Below, piece after piece: positions 7,902 to 16,262 of a stretch of DNA of 20,000 bases. The DNA lies in sequence record SRR22947725_3677; one strand, 5' to 3'. The translations under genes were made by a program, and so were the position numbers. How positions within the stretch are numbered: the stretch's first letter is position 1; each line of letters starts with the position of its first letter. The notes beneath the pieces are model-generated. The model had not been told where the DNA came from. It made no database searches and saw only the letters and a list, made by a program, of their open reading frames with translations.

Positions 7902-10163
7902 TTGAAATTAAAATTACATCTGTTCGTTTTATTTCTATTACCGTTTGGGATAGCTGCTCAAAGCTATAGGTGGACAGGAAGTGGTGCAGATAATGACTTT
8001 TTTAATGAAGCGAATTGGATTGATTCAATTTCAGAAGAACAGCCAGAAGATGGAAGCATCGAGCCTTCAGAAACCATCAATGCAGATCTTTTTCTTACAT
8101 GCGATGTTGTAGGGGGTGCAACAACTACTGGAGGCGCTACTATTGCTTCTCAAGTACCTACTCTTTTTAGTGTCGGAGCAAATACTGCTTGGCCTTATGT
8201 TTTTACTGCTGCTACTCAAGGGGATGGAACTAATGGCGCATATCTAACTTTCGTAATCCATGTTACTAGTTTACCTGCTGAAGGAGCAAACTACCGCATC
8301 GTAAGGACTGTTGCCAATGAAAATTGGGATTACGCAAACCCTCAGCCACTCACTTTAGGAACAAATACCATTCACCTAAATGGTGTAAGTTTTGACCGAA
8401 CCGTTAAATTTCAATTTAGTAGTGGAGCTGTAGTTTTTGATGAACTCTCACTTAATGGAAATCCAATTTATTCACTCCCTAGTGGGTCAATTGTTTTAAA
8501 CCCTTCCAATACACTAGAACTTTCAAATGGCACACTAGATGCGCTTAGTTTTTCAGGTGGTATATTGGTTTTAAAACAGAACGCTTATGTGAATTTAACT
8601 GGTGCTGATCCGCTTCCAAATGGCGCACAAGTGTTTTTAAACGCTGCCCTAAGTTGGTTGCGTTTGGATGCTATAAATCCGAATCAAGCTAATAATGATT
8701 ACCTATCTCAAATTGCTGTATTTGATCAGACTGCAGAATATCCAATAAACATCCGCCTCGACAATTATTATGATCATGGGACTGTTATAAGACCTCAAAA
8801 TCTTGAAGTGACTCCCCTATCGATTTTCACTAATGAAAACCTGACGGGAACAGAAGCTGAAATACAGATCAATCAAAATTATCAGGGTGTTTCAATTCCC
8901 AACCAGATGAACGACAATATTCGTTCGTTTGTATTGAAGAAAGGCTACATGGCGACCATGGCTGTGAATACGGATGGTACGGGGAAGAGTAAGGTTTTTA
9001 TCGCCTCAGAAGAAGATTTAGAAGTTCATGCGTTACCCACTTTATTTGAGGAAGGGGTTTCGTTTATCCGTGTACTCCCTTGGAATTGGGTCTCCAAAAA
9101 AGGGACTGGCGGTGATATTCTTGGAATGAATAATTCATGGTATTACAGGTGGAGCAATAAATGGGACTCTGATTTACAACGAGAATGCCCTCCGATGGCG
9201 TGGGGATACAATGGAGCCAATGATGCTGATGATATCTTAATATACCAATCCAAGTATAAAACAACACATGTTTTAGGCTTTAACGAACCTGATGATTGCA
9301 ACGGGCAATCTGGACAATACAATAACTTGTGCGACATTAATACGGCTTTAGGGGTCTATGAAAACTTAATGAAAACAGGGATGCGTCTTGTTTCTCCAGC
9401 ATGCAGACAAGGGGCCGTGTTTGATTGGCTTGATCCATTTTATCAACAAGCAATACAAAATGACATTAGAATCGATGTAATTGCTGTGCATTGGTATGAT
9501 TGGGGAGGTGGTCCACAAGATTCTCCAAATGGAAATCCAGCTTCTATTTTTACTCGGTTTAAAAACTACCTAACAGATGTGTATGCTCTATACGGTTTGC
9601 CTATATGGATTACAGAATTTAATGCCAATAAATACCGCACTCCAGCAGTAAATGAACAGTTTATGAGGCTAGCCATCCCATATTTAGAAAGCTTGGATTA
9701 TGTAGAGCGTTATGCGTGGTTTGAGCCGCTTCCTATAGTTGAAGGGGAGGTGCTTGGAAATGCGGAATTTTATGACGCAAACACGGATCTTACTGAAATT
9801 GGACACTATTATAAGAACCATGCATCAACACCATCGATTCCTGAGCCCTCTTATAGTGGTCCTGATAATTTAAGCAGTGGTGTGGTTAACAGCTATACCT
9901 ATTCGTGTGATCCATCCAATTTACTTTCTTCTAGCCAATCGGATTCTCCGCAAACATACTTCTTAAAAGTCATCCCGAACCCAGCGACAACCAACATAAA
10001 AGTGATTCATTCAGAACCCATTGAAAGCCTCAATATTTATACAATTCATGGAGCGCTAATTCATAAAAAAATGACAACCAATACAGTCGATATTTCTGAT
10101 TTAAAAAAAGGGATTTACTTTATCAAAGTCAATCAATACCATGCTAAGTTTGTAAAGCTTTAA
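7902..10163 (+). CDS. T9SS-secreted multidomain glycoside hydrolase, GH128-like (Glyco_hydro_cc, clan GH-A); TTG start
   Basis: Signal peptide ...IAA-Q. Catalytic region ~9093-9820: SKKG, SWYYRW, PMAWG, VLGFNEPD (acid/base Glu at 9285), RLVSPA, DVIAVHWY, LPIWITEF (nucleophile Glu at 9615), VERYAWF. C-terminal CTD: IPNPA...DISDLKKGIYFIKV...KFVKL. Confidence 0.87.
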   Translation: MKLKLHLFVLFLLPFGIAAQSYRWTGSGADNDFFNEANWIDSISEEQPEDGSIEPSETINADLFLTCDVVGGATTTGGATIASQVPTLFSVGANTAWPYVFTAATQGDGTNGAYLTFVIHVTSLPAEGANYRIVRTVANENWDYANPQPLTLGTNTIHLNGVSFDRTVKFQFSSGAVVFDELSLNGNPIYSLPSGSIVLNPSNTLELSNGTLDALSFSGGILVLKQNAYVNLTGADPLPNGAQVFLNAALSWLRLDAINPNQANNDYLSQIAVFDQTAEYPINIRLDNYYDHGTVIRPQNLEVTPLSIFTNENLTGTEAEIQINQNYQGVSIPNQMNDNIRSFVLKKGYMATMAVNTDGTGKSKVFIASEEDLEVHALPTLFEEGVSFIRVLPWNWVSKKGTGGDILGMNNSWYYRWSNKWDSDLQRECPPMAWGYNGANDADDILIYQSKYKTTHVLGFNEPDDCNGQSGQYNNLCDINTALGVYENLMKTGMRLVSPACRQGAVFDWLDPFYQQAIQNDIRIDVIAVHWYDWGGGPQDSPNGNPASIFTRFKNYLTDVYALYGLPIWITEFNANKYRTPAVNEQFMRLAIPYLESLDYVERYAWFEPLPIVEGEVLGNAEFYDANTDLTEIGHYYKNHASTPSIPEPSYSGPDNLSSGVVNSYTYSCDPSNLLSSSQSDSPQTYFLKVIPNPATTNIKVIHSEPIESLNIYTIHGALIHKKMTTNTVDISDLKKGIYFIKVNQYHAKFVKL
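8163..8456 (+). repeat. Copy 3 of ~100-aa repeated protein module (within the GH128-like protein)
   Basis: LFSVGANTAWPYV...GANYRIVRTVAN...PLTLGTNT...FDRTVKFQFSSGAVVFDELSLN (98 aa). A hand ungapped alignment with copy 1 gives 45/98 identities. Confidence 0.9.
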
Positions 10164-10226
10164 AGCAAATAGCAGATGTTGTATCTTCAAAAATTAAATA
10201 TAAATTCTCTAGTAAATTACTACGCA

Positions 10227-11732
10227 ATGAAACGATTAAAAGGTGTATTTCTTTTGGTACTGGCGCTAACAATTACCGCTTCAAAAACGGTTAAACCCCC
10301 AGAGAAACTCAATGTTTTATTTATCATAGCTGATGATTTAAATTGTGCCATAGGTGCTTATGGAGATAGGCTTGTAAAAACACCAAATCTTGACAAACTA
10401 GCTAAACAAGGGTTGATTTTTACGAATGCACACGTTCAATATCCACTTTGTGGACCATCCAGAGTTTCATTGATGACGGGCTTGTATCCTGATCAAACAA
10501 AATCGAAAAAACTTCGGCTCTATGTTCGCCAAACAATTCCAGATGTCATTACCCTTGGACAGAAATTCAGAATGGAAAATTACCACTCGGTTAGGGTTGG
10601 TAAAATTTATCATTACCACAATCCAAGAGACATTGGAACCGCTGGGCACGACGATTCATTTACGTGGGATCGGACTGTCAATCCATATGGCCGCGACAAA
10701 AAAGAAGAATACAAAATAGCCTCCCTAAAGCGAAAATTGGATGGAGGTACGCTGAGTTGGCTCGAAGCAGAAGGCACAGATGAAGAGCAAACCGATGGCA
10801 TTGGAGCGACAGAAACCATGGCCTTTTTAGATGAGTTCGCACAAAGCGGAGAAAATTTCTTTTTAGCTTTTGGGCTTTATCGTCCTCATGTTCCGTTTGT
10901 AGCACCAAAGCAATATTTTGATCTTTATGACATCAACGATTTTAGTGTCCCACAAAGCTCCAACGCCTATTTAAAAACTATCCCAAAAGCGGCGGCAATT
11001 TCTGTACGAGCCAAAAAAGAACAAGTTGATTTGGATCAGGAATTAGCCAAAAAAATTAAGCATGCCTACTATGCTACCACAAGTTTTATGGATGCGCAGA
11101 TTGGACGGGTATTGGATAAACTAAAAGAAACTGGCCTGGACAAAAACACCATCGTTGTTTTTACATCAGATCATGGATACCACCTTGGAGAACATGGGCA
11201 CTGGCAAAAGCAAACACTTTTTGATGCTGCGACGCGAGTTCCGCTAATTTTTACAGGGCCCGGAATTAGAAAAAATAAACGTGTTGAATACCCGACTGAA
11301 CTGGTTGATTTATACCCTACAATCATGGATATGGTTGGAATGCAAACGCCTGATTTTGTTCAAGGAAAAAGTCTTGTCCCCTATACCAAACGCGGAAGTT
11401 CTGCTGTTCGAGAAAGTGCTTTAACAGAACTTCAAGTGAACACTCCTAGGGGAAAAGCACAAGGGTACTCAATAAAAACGAAACGCTATCGGTTTAGCCA
11501 ATGGGAACTTAACGGTCGGTTGAGCTACGAGCTCTACGACCACACCATTGATGCCGCTGAACTTCAAAATAGAGCAAATCATATCGATTATAAAAGGGTT
11601 CAAGATTCGCTTCATAACGTACTGACGTTACGTATTGCAGAGGCTAAACAAGTGCCTAATGGCCTTGGCAAACAACTAGATGGCGCAATCCCTTGGCACG
11701 AACCCATTCGGATTCGTTCTAAGTTGAAATAA
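10227..11732 (+). CDS. S1-family sulfatase, iduronate-2-sulfatase-like (S1_7-like)
   Basis: Start revised to ATG 10227 (MKRLKGVFLLVLALTITA signal peptide). NVLFIIADDL, TPNLDKLA, CGPSRVSLMTG, GKIYH, YRPHVPFVAP, SDHGYHLGEHGHWQKQTLF and ELVDLYPT motifs. Confidence 0.9.
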   Translation: MKRLKGVFLLVLALTITASKTVKPPEKLNVLFIIADDLNCAIGAYGDRLVKTPNLDKLAKQGLIFTNAHVQYPLCGPSRVSLMTGLYPDQTKSKKLRLYVRQTIPDVITLGQKFRMENYHSVRVGKIYHYHNPRDIGTAGHDDSFTWDRTVNPYGRDKKEEYKIASLKRKLDGGTLSWLEAEGTDEEQTDGIGATETMAFLDEFAQSGENFFLAFGLYRPHVPFVAPKQYFDLYDINDFSVPQSSNAYLKTIPKAAAISVRAKKEQVDLDQELAKKIKHAYYATTSFMDAQIGRVLDKLKETGLDKNTIVVFTSDHGYHLGEHGHWQKQTLFDAATRVPLIFTGPGIRKNKRVEYPTELVDLYPTIMDMVGMQTPDFVQGKSLVPYTKRGSSAVRESALTELQVNTPRGKAQGYSIKTKRYRFSQWELNGRLSYELYDHTIDAAELQNRANHIDYKRVQDSLHNVLTLRIAEAKQVPNGLGKQLDGAIPWHEPIRIRSKLK

Positions 11733-11789
11733 GTTGAGTTATCAATTAAAACAAGTCTAAATTTACTGGAATAAACCTTTTTTTAGTTG

Positions 11790-11861
11790 TAGCCTCGCCA
11801 GGAATCGAACCTGGATCTAAAGTTTAGGAAACTTCTATTCTATCCGTTGAACTACGAGGCT
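11790..11861 (-). tRNA. tRNA-Arg (anticodon CCT)
   Basis: The minus strand folds as a cloverleaf: acceptor AGCCTCG/CGAGGCT, D-arm GTTC-AACGGATA-GAAT, anticodon arm GAAGT-TTCCTAA-ACTTT, T-arm CCAGG-TTCGATT-CCTGG, discriminator A. CCA is not encoded. Confidence 0.95.
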
Positions 11862-12511
11862 AGTTGTATGATACTAAAGATGCCAAAAAAGAGGAATTGA
11901 ATCAACACCAAGTGAAATGAAAAGACACGGTCTTTGGTTCTTACTTTAGTTTGATAAATCCATTGAATAGGAAAGGCAACCAAAAACCAACCAATATAGT
12001 TTGATAAAGGCGCGGTCACTTCGGCAAATTCCCAATAGTCAAATTTTGGTGCCACAGGCTCAATAACAAGATCTAAAAGCACCATGAGTAATGCGCCTAA
12101 ACCAGCTGCCCAAAATGCGGAGCGTTTAAAAAACACCGCCCCTACTGCTCCCGTTATAAAAGTAAGCATCACCCAGTTTGCGCCAATTAGTAGCGGAACA
12201 CCTCCTAGCTTGACACCCAAGTTGTTTCCATATACATACTGTCCAAAAATAAGTCCGTAGTTTACCCCTAAAAGCTCGACACCCATGCCCACAACAAATG
12301 CGACCGAAGCAGCAATTGCCACTCCCCGATTAATCTCAGGAAGGTTAACAAATAGGAGCAAAAACGTGATAAACAGGTTAATCGGTGTCGTTTCTAAAAA
12401 CAATTCTCGATCGATAAATAGGATGCCCAATAGTCCTGAAAAATGAAATAACCAGATAAGCCCTACCGATATTTTGGCGGTACCCGTCTTAGGAATAAAA
12501 AGGTCTTTCAT
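11852..12511 (-). CDS. cruF: Carotenoid 1',2'-hydratase, CruF family (membrane protein)
   Basis: Multi-TM protein with ELLGVNYGLIFGQYVYGNNLG-KLGGVPLLIGANW, LDLVIEPVA...YWEF and PLSNYIGW motifs. Overlaps crtD by ATGA. Confidence 0.85.
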   Translation of the reverse strand: MKDLFIPKTGTAKISVGLIWLFHFSGLLGILFIDRELFLETTPINLFITFLLLFVNLPEINRGVAIAASVAFVVGMGVELLGVNYGLIFGQYVYGNNLGVKLGGVPLLIGANWVMLTFITGAVGAVFFKRSAFWAAGLGALLMVLLDLVIEPVAPKFDYWEFAEVTAPLSNYIGWFLVAFPIQWIYQTKVRTKDRVFSFHLVLIQFLFFGIFSIIQLAS

Positions 12512-13974
12512 GGTTTTGGTATTAGTTCTGCAACAATCTTAGCAGATAACAAACATAACGGAATTCCTCCTCCCGGATGAACACTTCCCCCACAAAAATA
12601 TAGATTTGCTATGGCTTTCGAAAAATTAGGATGGCGTAAAAAAGCAGCCATTTTATTGTTTGACGATGCCCCATACAAAGCCCCTAAATACGATTGTGTT
12701 CGTTGTTCTATGATGTTTGGCGTCATAATCCATTCTTCTTCTATAAGCGAAGTGATATCTTCCCCTAAAGCATTGTTAAGTTTGGCAATTACCCAGTGGC
12801 GCAATTCTTTTGCTAAAGTTTCCCAATCTTGTCCTGAGTCGTGAGGTGCATTAACCATTACAAACCAATTTTCACATCCTTCAGGAGCATCGGCAATTAC
12901 ATCCTTAGACGTGATGTTGACATACACGGTAGGGTCGTTAACCACTATTTTATCCTTAAAAATTGCATCAAACTCGGCTTTATAATCCTTAGAGAAAAAG
13001 ATGTTGTGTAAATCCAGTTGTGGAAACGATTTTTTAATTCCCCAATAGAATATAACTGCAGAACTTGACCGTTCTTGCGTCAATATTTTTTCGGGTTGTT
13101 TTTGATTGGGTAATAGCTTGCGATAAGTCGGTACTACGTCCATATTGGAGACCACCAAATCAGCAAAATATTCCTCACTCTTTGATATGATTCCTGTCGC
13201 TTTTTTGTTTGTGACAAGAATTTTTTCAACGGGATGCTCCAAATGAAATACAACACCCATGCGCTTAGCAAGTTGATGCAAGGAGTCACTAATGTCTCCC
13301 ATTCCCTTTTGGGGAATATAGGTTCCATAATGTTGCTCTAGATGTTGAACTAGCGTCATCATTCCTGGAGTTTGATAGGGGTTTGAGCCGTTATAGGTTG
13401 CAAAACGGTTGTAAAACTGCACCAGATGGGGTTCACTAAGCTGTTTTTGATTCACATTATCAAGAGACGTATCTATTTCAAACGAAAAATAATTAGCGAT
13501 CCCTATCAAGGTTTCCTTTCGTAAAAAGGTCTGCCATTTATGAAGCGAATGTTCTAAAAAAAGGGTTTTTGTGCGGTCAAATTTTTTCTTTGCCCTTTCC
13601 AAATAACGCATTAGTTTGGGTGCGGGAACACCAAAGACTGTTTCTACTTCTTTTACAAAGCGATCAGTATCTCCATAGGCGGTTAGCCGTTTACCATCTT
13701 CCCAAAAATAGTTACATGCTACTTCCTTTTTTGAATACCTAAAGTGGTCTTTTGGTAATTCATCACAAAGCTCAAATAAGGCATCCACAAAATGGGGCAT
13801 GGTAAAAAGCGAGGGGCCTGCATCAAAACGGTAAGCACCTAATGTAAAAGTAGTCAGTTTACCACCTACATAGGAGTTTGCTTCAAATACCTCAACTGCA
13901 TAGCCCTTGTGTGCCAATCGTATGGCCGTGGCCAGACCTCCGATTCCCGCGCCAATAATTATTGCTTTAGCCAT
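12508..13974 (-). CDS. crtD: 1-hydroxycarotenoid 3,4-desaturase (CrtI/CrtD FAD oxidoreductase family)
   Basis: GAGIGGLA Rossmann motif, FDAGPSLFTMP, RFATYNGSNPY, GALYG and LYFCGGSVHPGGGIPLCLLSA. Located between crtA and cruF. Confidence 0.88.
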   Translation of the reverse strand: MAKAIIIGAGIGGLATAIRLAHKGYAVEVFEANSYVGGKLTTFTLGAYRFDAGPSLFTMPHFVDALFELCDELPKDHFRYSKKEVACNYFWEDGKRLTAYGDTDRFVKEVETVFGVPAPKLMRYLERAKKKFDRTKTLFLEHSLHKWQTFLRKETLIGIANYFSFEIDTSLDNVNQKQLSEPHLVQFYNRFATYNGSNPYQTPGMMTLVQHLEQHYGTYIPQKGMGDISDSLHQLAKRMGVVFHLEHPVEKILVTNKKATGIISKSEEYFADLVVSNMDVVPTYRKLLPNQKQPEKILTQERSSSAVIFYWGIKKSFPQLDLHNIFFSKDYKAEFDAIFKDKIVVNDPTVYVNITSKDVIADAPEGCENWFVMVNAPHDSGQDWETLAKELRHWVIAKLNNALGEDITSLIEEEWIMTPNIIEQRTQSYLGALYGASSNNKMAAFLRHPNFSKAIANLYFCGGSVHPGGGIPLCLLSAKIVAELIPKP

Positions 13975-14644
13975 CTGAGTCCAAGGTTATAGAGCGAACA
14001 GCAAAGCGTGCAAATAAATCTTCTTTATACCAGTTCCGCTTACGCGTTTTTTTTACAATTGCTGCATGCTGACTGCTGTTGTATGCGAAATTTTTAACAT
14101 CCTCCAGACTTTCCCAAAGGCTAAAAGTTGCCTGTTGGACAAGGGGCCATTCGCCAATGCCTTTATACCACAATACCCCTTTTGCTTGAGTTATGGCTTT
14201 TGATGCAGCAGGAACTGCGCGCCAAAACTCAAGGAGTCTACTAGGGCGTAAGGTAGCCCGTGTAATTATCCCTATTTGCTCATCTGTTTGAAGTGGGCGC
14301 TTAGAAGGAATAAATGGATTTTGTTTTCCCCAAAACCCATGACTTTGTAGGGTGTGCAGCGCAAAATGTTGCTGCTTGTTGGACTTCGAGTTAAAGCTGT
14401 CCATTACCGCACTACTGTTTAAAAACGCCATGGCTTGTTCTTCAGATTCCCAAATGGTAAGTAATCCATAAGTCGAAAAATCAGGCCACAAGCTAAATCC
14501 AGAACCTGATCCTGTACCTAAAGTTCGTACAAAATCAATCCCTTTTTCTTTCGCTACTAGTGGCAAAGCACGTTGCATTTGTGTAAATGCCCAAAACTTG
14601 TTTTTGGTATACGTGAAAAAGCTTAAAACAACCTGTTGTGCCAT
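13967..14644 (-). CDS. crtA: CrtA-family spheroidene monooxygenase-like carotenoid 2'-hydroxylase/ketolase
   Basis: LGTGSGSGFSLWPD, ITRATLRPSRLLEFWRAVP, GIGEWPLVQQATFSLWES, FAY...HAAIV...NWYKEDLFARF. First gene of an overlapping crtA-crtD-cruF unit. Confidence 0.85.
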   Translation of the reverse strand: MAQQVVLSFFTYTKNKFWAFTQMQRALPLVAKEKGIDFVRTLGTGSGSGFSLWPDFSTYGLLTIWESEEQAMAFLNSSAVMDSFNSKSNKQQHFALHTLQSHGFWGKQNPFIPSKRPLQTDEQIGIITRATLRPSRLLEFWRAVPAASKAITQAKGVLWYKGIGEWPLVQQATFSLWESLEDVKNFAYNSSQHAAIVKKTRKRNWYKEDLFARFAVRSITLDSDG

Positions 14645-14735
14645 GTGTTAAAGATAGGGGTAAAATACTAAAACTTAATAGTCAAACTAAGGATGGTTTT
14701 TGCCATTTAAACACAAAGAACTAATAGATTAAATG

Positions 14736-14743
14736 TAACTTTG
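14736..14743 (+). promoter_or_regulatory. Putative -7 promoter element (TAACTTTG) for the 14827 gene
   Basis: Exact TAnnTTTG match in the divergent intergenic region. Confidence 0.45.
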
Positions 14744-14826
14744 CTTTAAACAACTAGGTTTCCCAATGGCCTACGCATTGTTAAAGAGAGATAAAACCTT
14801 GCTCTCATCAATTATAACTATATAAA

Positions 14827-15669
14827 TTGAAACAACGTAGTAACACTTTTGGCGCCATAATAAGCCTGTTGGTTTTCGTGTTTTTTGGAATGTCAGCGCA
14901 CAGCCAAGAAATTATTGAAAAGTATACCCTGCCGTTGGCACTTGAGGAAACCTCTGGGCTAACATTGTTAAACGATACGCTTTGGACGCATAACGACTCT
15001 GACAATGAAGCTGCACTCTATGCCATTAGCACTAAAGGAGCGCTGCTAAAAAAAATTGCCCTTCCGACTACCAATAATATCGACTGGGAAGACATAACTG
15101 CTGTCAGTGGTAACCTAGTTATTGCAGATATGGGTAACAATTTTGGTACGCGAAAAAACCTGTATTTATTAGAAGTAATCCCTTCAGAAAATAGCATGGA
15201 AGTGTTCGATTCTATTCCATTTCATTACCCAGAACAAAACTACTATGGATTCCAACTAAATACGCCCTTCGACGCTGAGGGACTTATAGCCATTGAAAAT
15301 AATTTGGTCGTTTTTACAAAAAATAGGAAAACTCAAACAACGGAACTTTACATCGTGTCTTGTGAAAATGAAGGTGCTGAAAAAATTGGATCGTTGGCTG
15401 TGGGATCGTTAATTACAGGAGCTGATTATAACGCCAAACTAAAAATGCTTGTCCTTACTGGCTACGGAAAGAATTTTCAGCAGTACCTCTATGTTATCCG
15501 AGATTTTAATCTGTCCCTTAGCCCTAAGCCAAAAATAAATCAATTTATACTAGAGCTAAAAGGCGCTCAGGTTGAAGCCGTGGCTATTATTGATTCCCAG
15601 CATATTTGGATAACATCTGAGAAAACATCTAAACACCCTGCGCTGCTAGCAAAAATAAAACTTGAATAA
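14827..15669 (+). CDS. Conserved-looking secreted hypothetical protein, probable beta-propeller (SdiA-regulated/phytase-like fold); TTG start
   Basis: Signal peptide ...AHS-Q. Repeated blade-like motifs LEETSGL, LWTHNDS, DWEDI, IADMGNN, FDAEGL, ITGAD and QVEAV. Confidence 0.7.
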   Translation: MKQRSNTFGAIISLLVFVFFGMSAHSQEIIEKYTLPLALEETSGLTLLNDTLWTHNDSDNEAALYAISTKGALLKKIALPTTNNIDWEDITAVSGNLVIADMGNNFGTRKNLYLLEVIPSENSMEVFDSIPFHYPEQNYYGFQLNTPFDAEGLIAIENNLVVFTKNRKTQTTELYIVSCENEGAEKIGSLAVGSLITGADYNAKLKMLVLTGYGKNFQQYLYVIRDFNLSLSPKPKINQFILELKGAQVEAVAIIDSQHIWITSEKTSKHPALLAKIKLE

Positions 15670-15734
15670 ATACTAGTTCTGAACATCCATTGTATTCCTT
15701 CAATGAAGAATTTATCTTGCTAAAAAAATAAGCC

Positions 15735-16262
15735 ATGCCTAATATTGTTGCCTTTGGGGCAAGTTCAAGCAAAAATTCCATAAACCGAAAGTTGGCACAT
15801 TTCGCTGCTTCGCAAATTTCTGATGCCGTTATTCAACTACTCGATTTGAATGATTTTGAAATGCCTTTGTACAGTACGGATCGAGAAAAAGAAGGCATTC
15901 CAAATAAGGCGCACGATTTTAAAGCTGCACTTCAACAATCGGATGGAATAATTATTTCATTTGCCGAACATAACGGGGCTTACACCACAGCATTTAAAAA
16001 TATATTTGATTGGATTTCTAGACTAGATAAACCGATTTGGTGTGGCAAGCCTATGTTTTTATTAGCCACCTCCACGGGGGCTCGAGGAGCTAAAACTGTA
16101 TTGGAACTCGCACATCTTCGCCTTTCAATAGATAATCCTTCGATTCCTGCTTTTTCGCTACCCTCCTATAATGAGAATTTTTCTGAAGAGAAAGGCATTA
16201 CAAATGAAGCGCTTCTACAAGAGTTTAAAACTGCCTTAGCGGAATTCGTTGTCCAATTATAG
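15735..16262 (+). CDS. NAD(P)H-dependent FMN reductase (flavodoxin-like, ChrR/SsuE family)
   Basis: GASSSKNSINRKL, LDLNDFEMPLY, DGIIISFAEHNGAY...FKNIFDWISR and KPMFLLATSTGARGA motifs. Confidence 0.9.
   Translation: MPNIVAFGASSSKNSINRKLAHFAASQISDAVIQLLDLNDFEMPLYSTDREKEGIPNKAHDFKAALQQSDGIIISFAEHNGAYTTAFKNIFDWISRLDKPIWCGKPMFLLATSTGARGAKTVLELAHLRLSIDNPSIPAFSLPSYNENFSEEKGITNEALLQEFKTALAEFVVQL

Noticed and set aside
5313-8456. Repeated module as a diversity-generating retroelement TR/VR pair or a mobile repeat
   Set aside because: The copies are in-frame, diverged protein domains. I saw no adenine-specific mismatch pattern, and there is no reverse transcriptase or transposase in the window.
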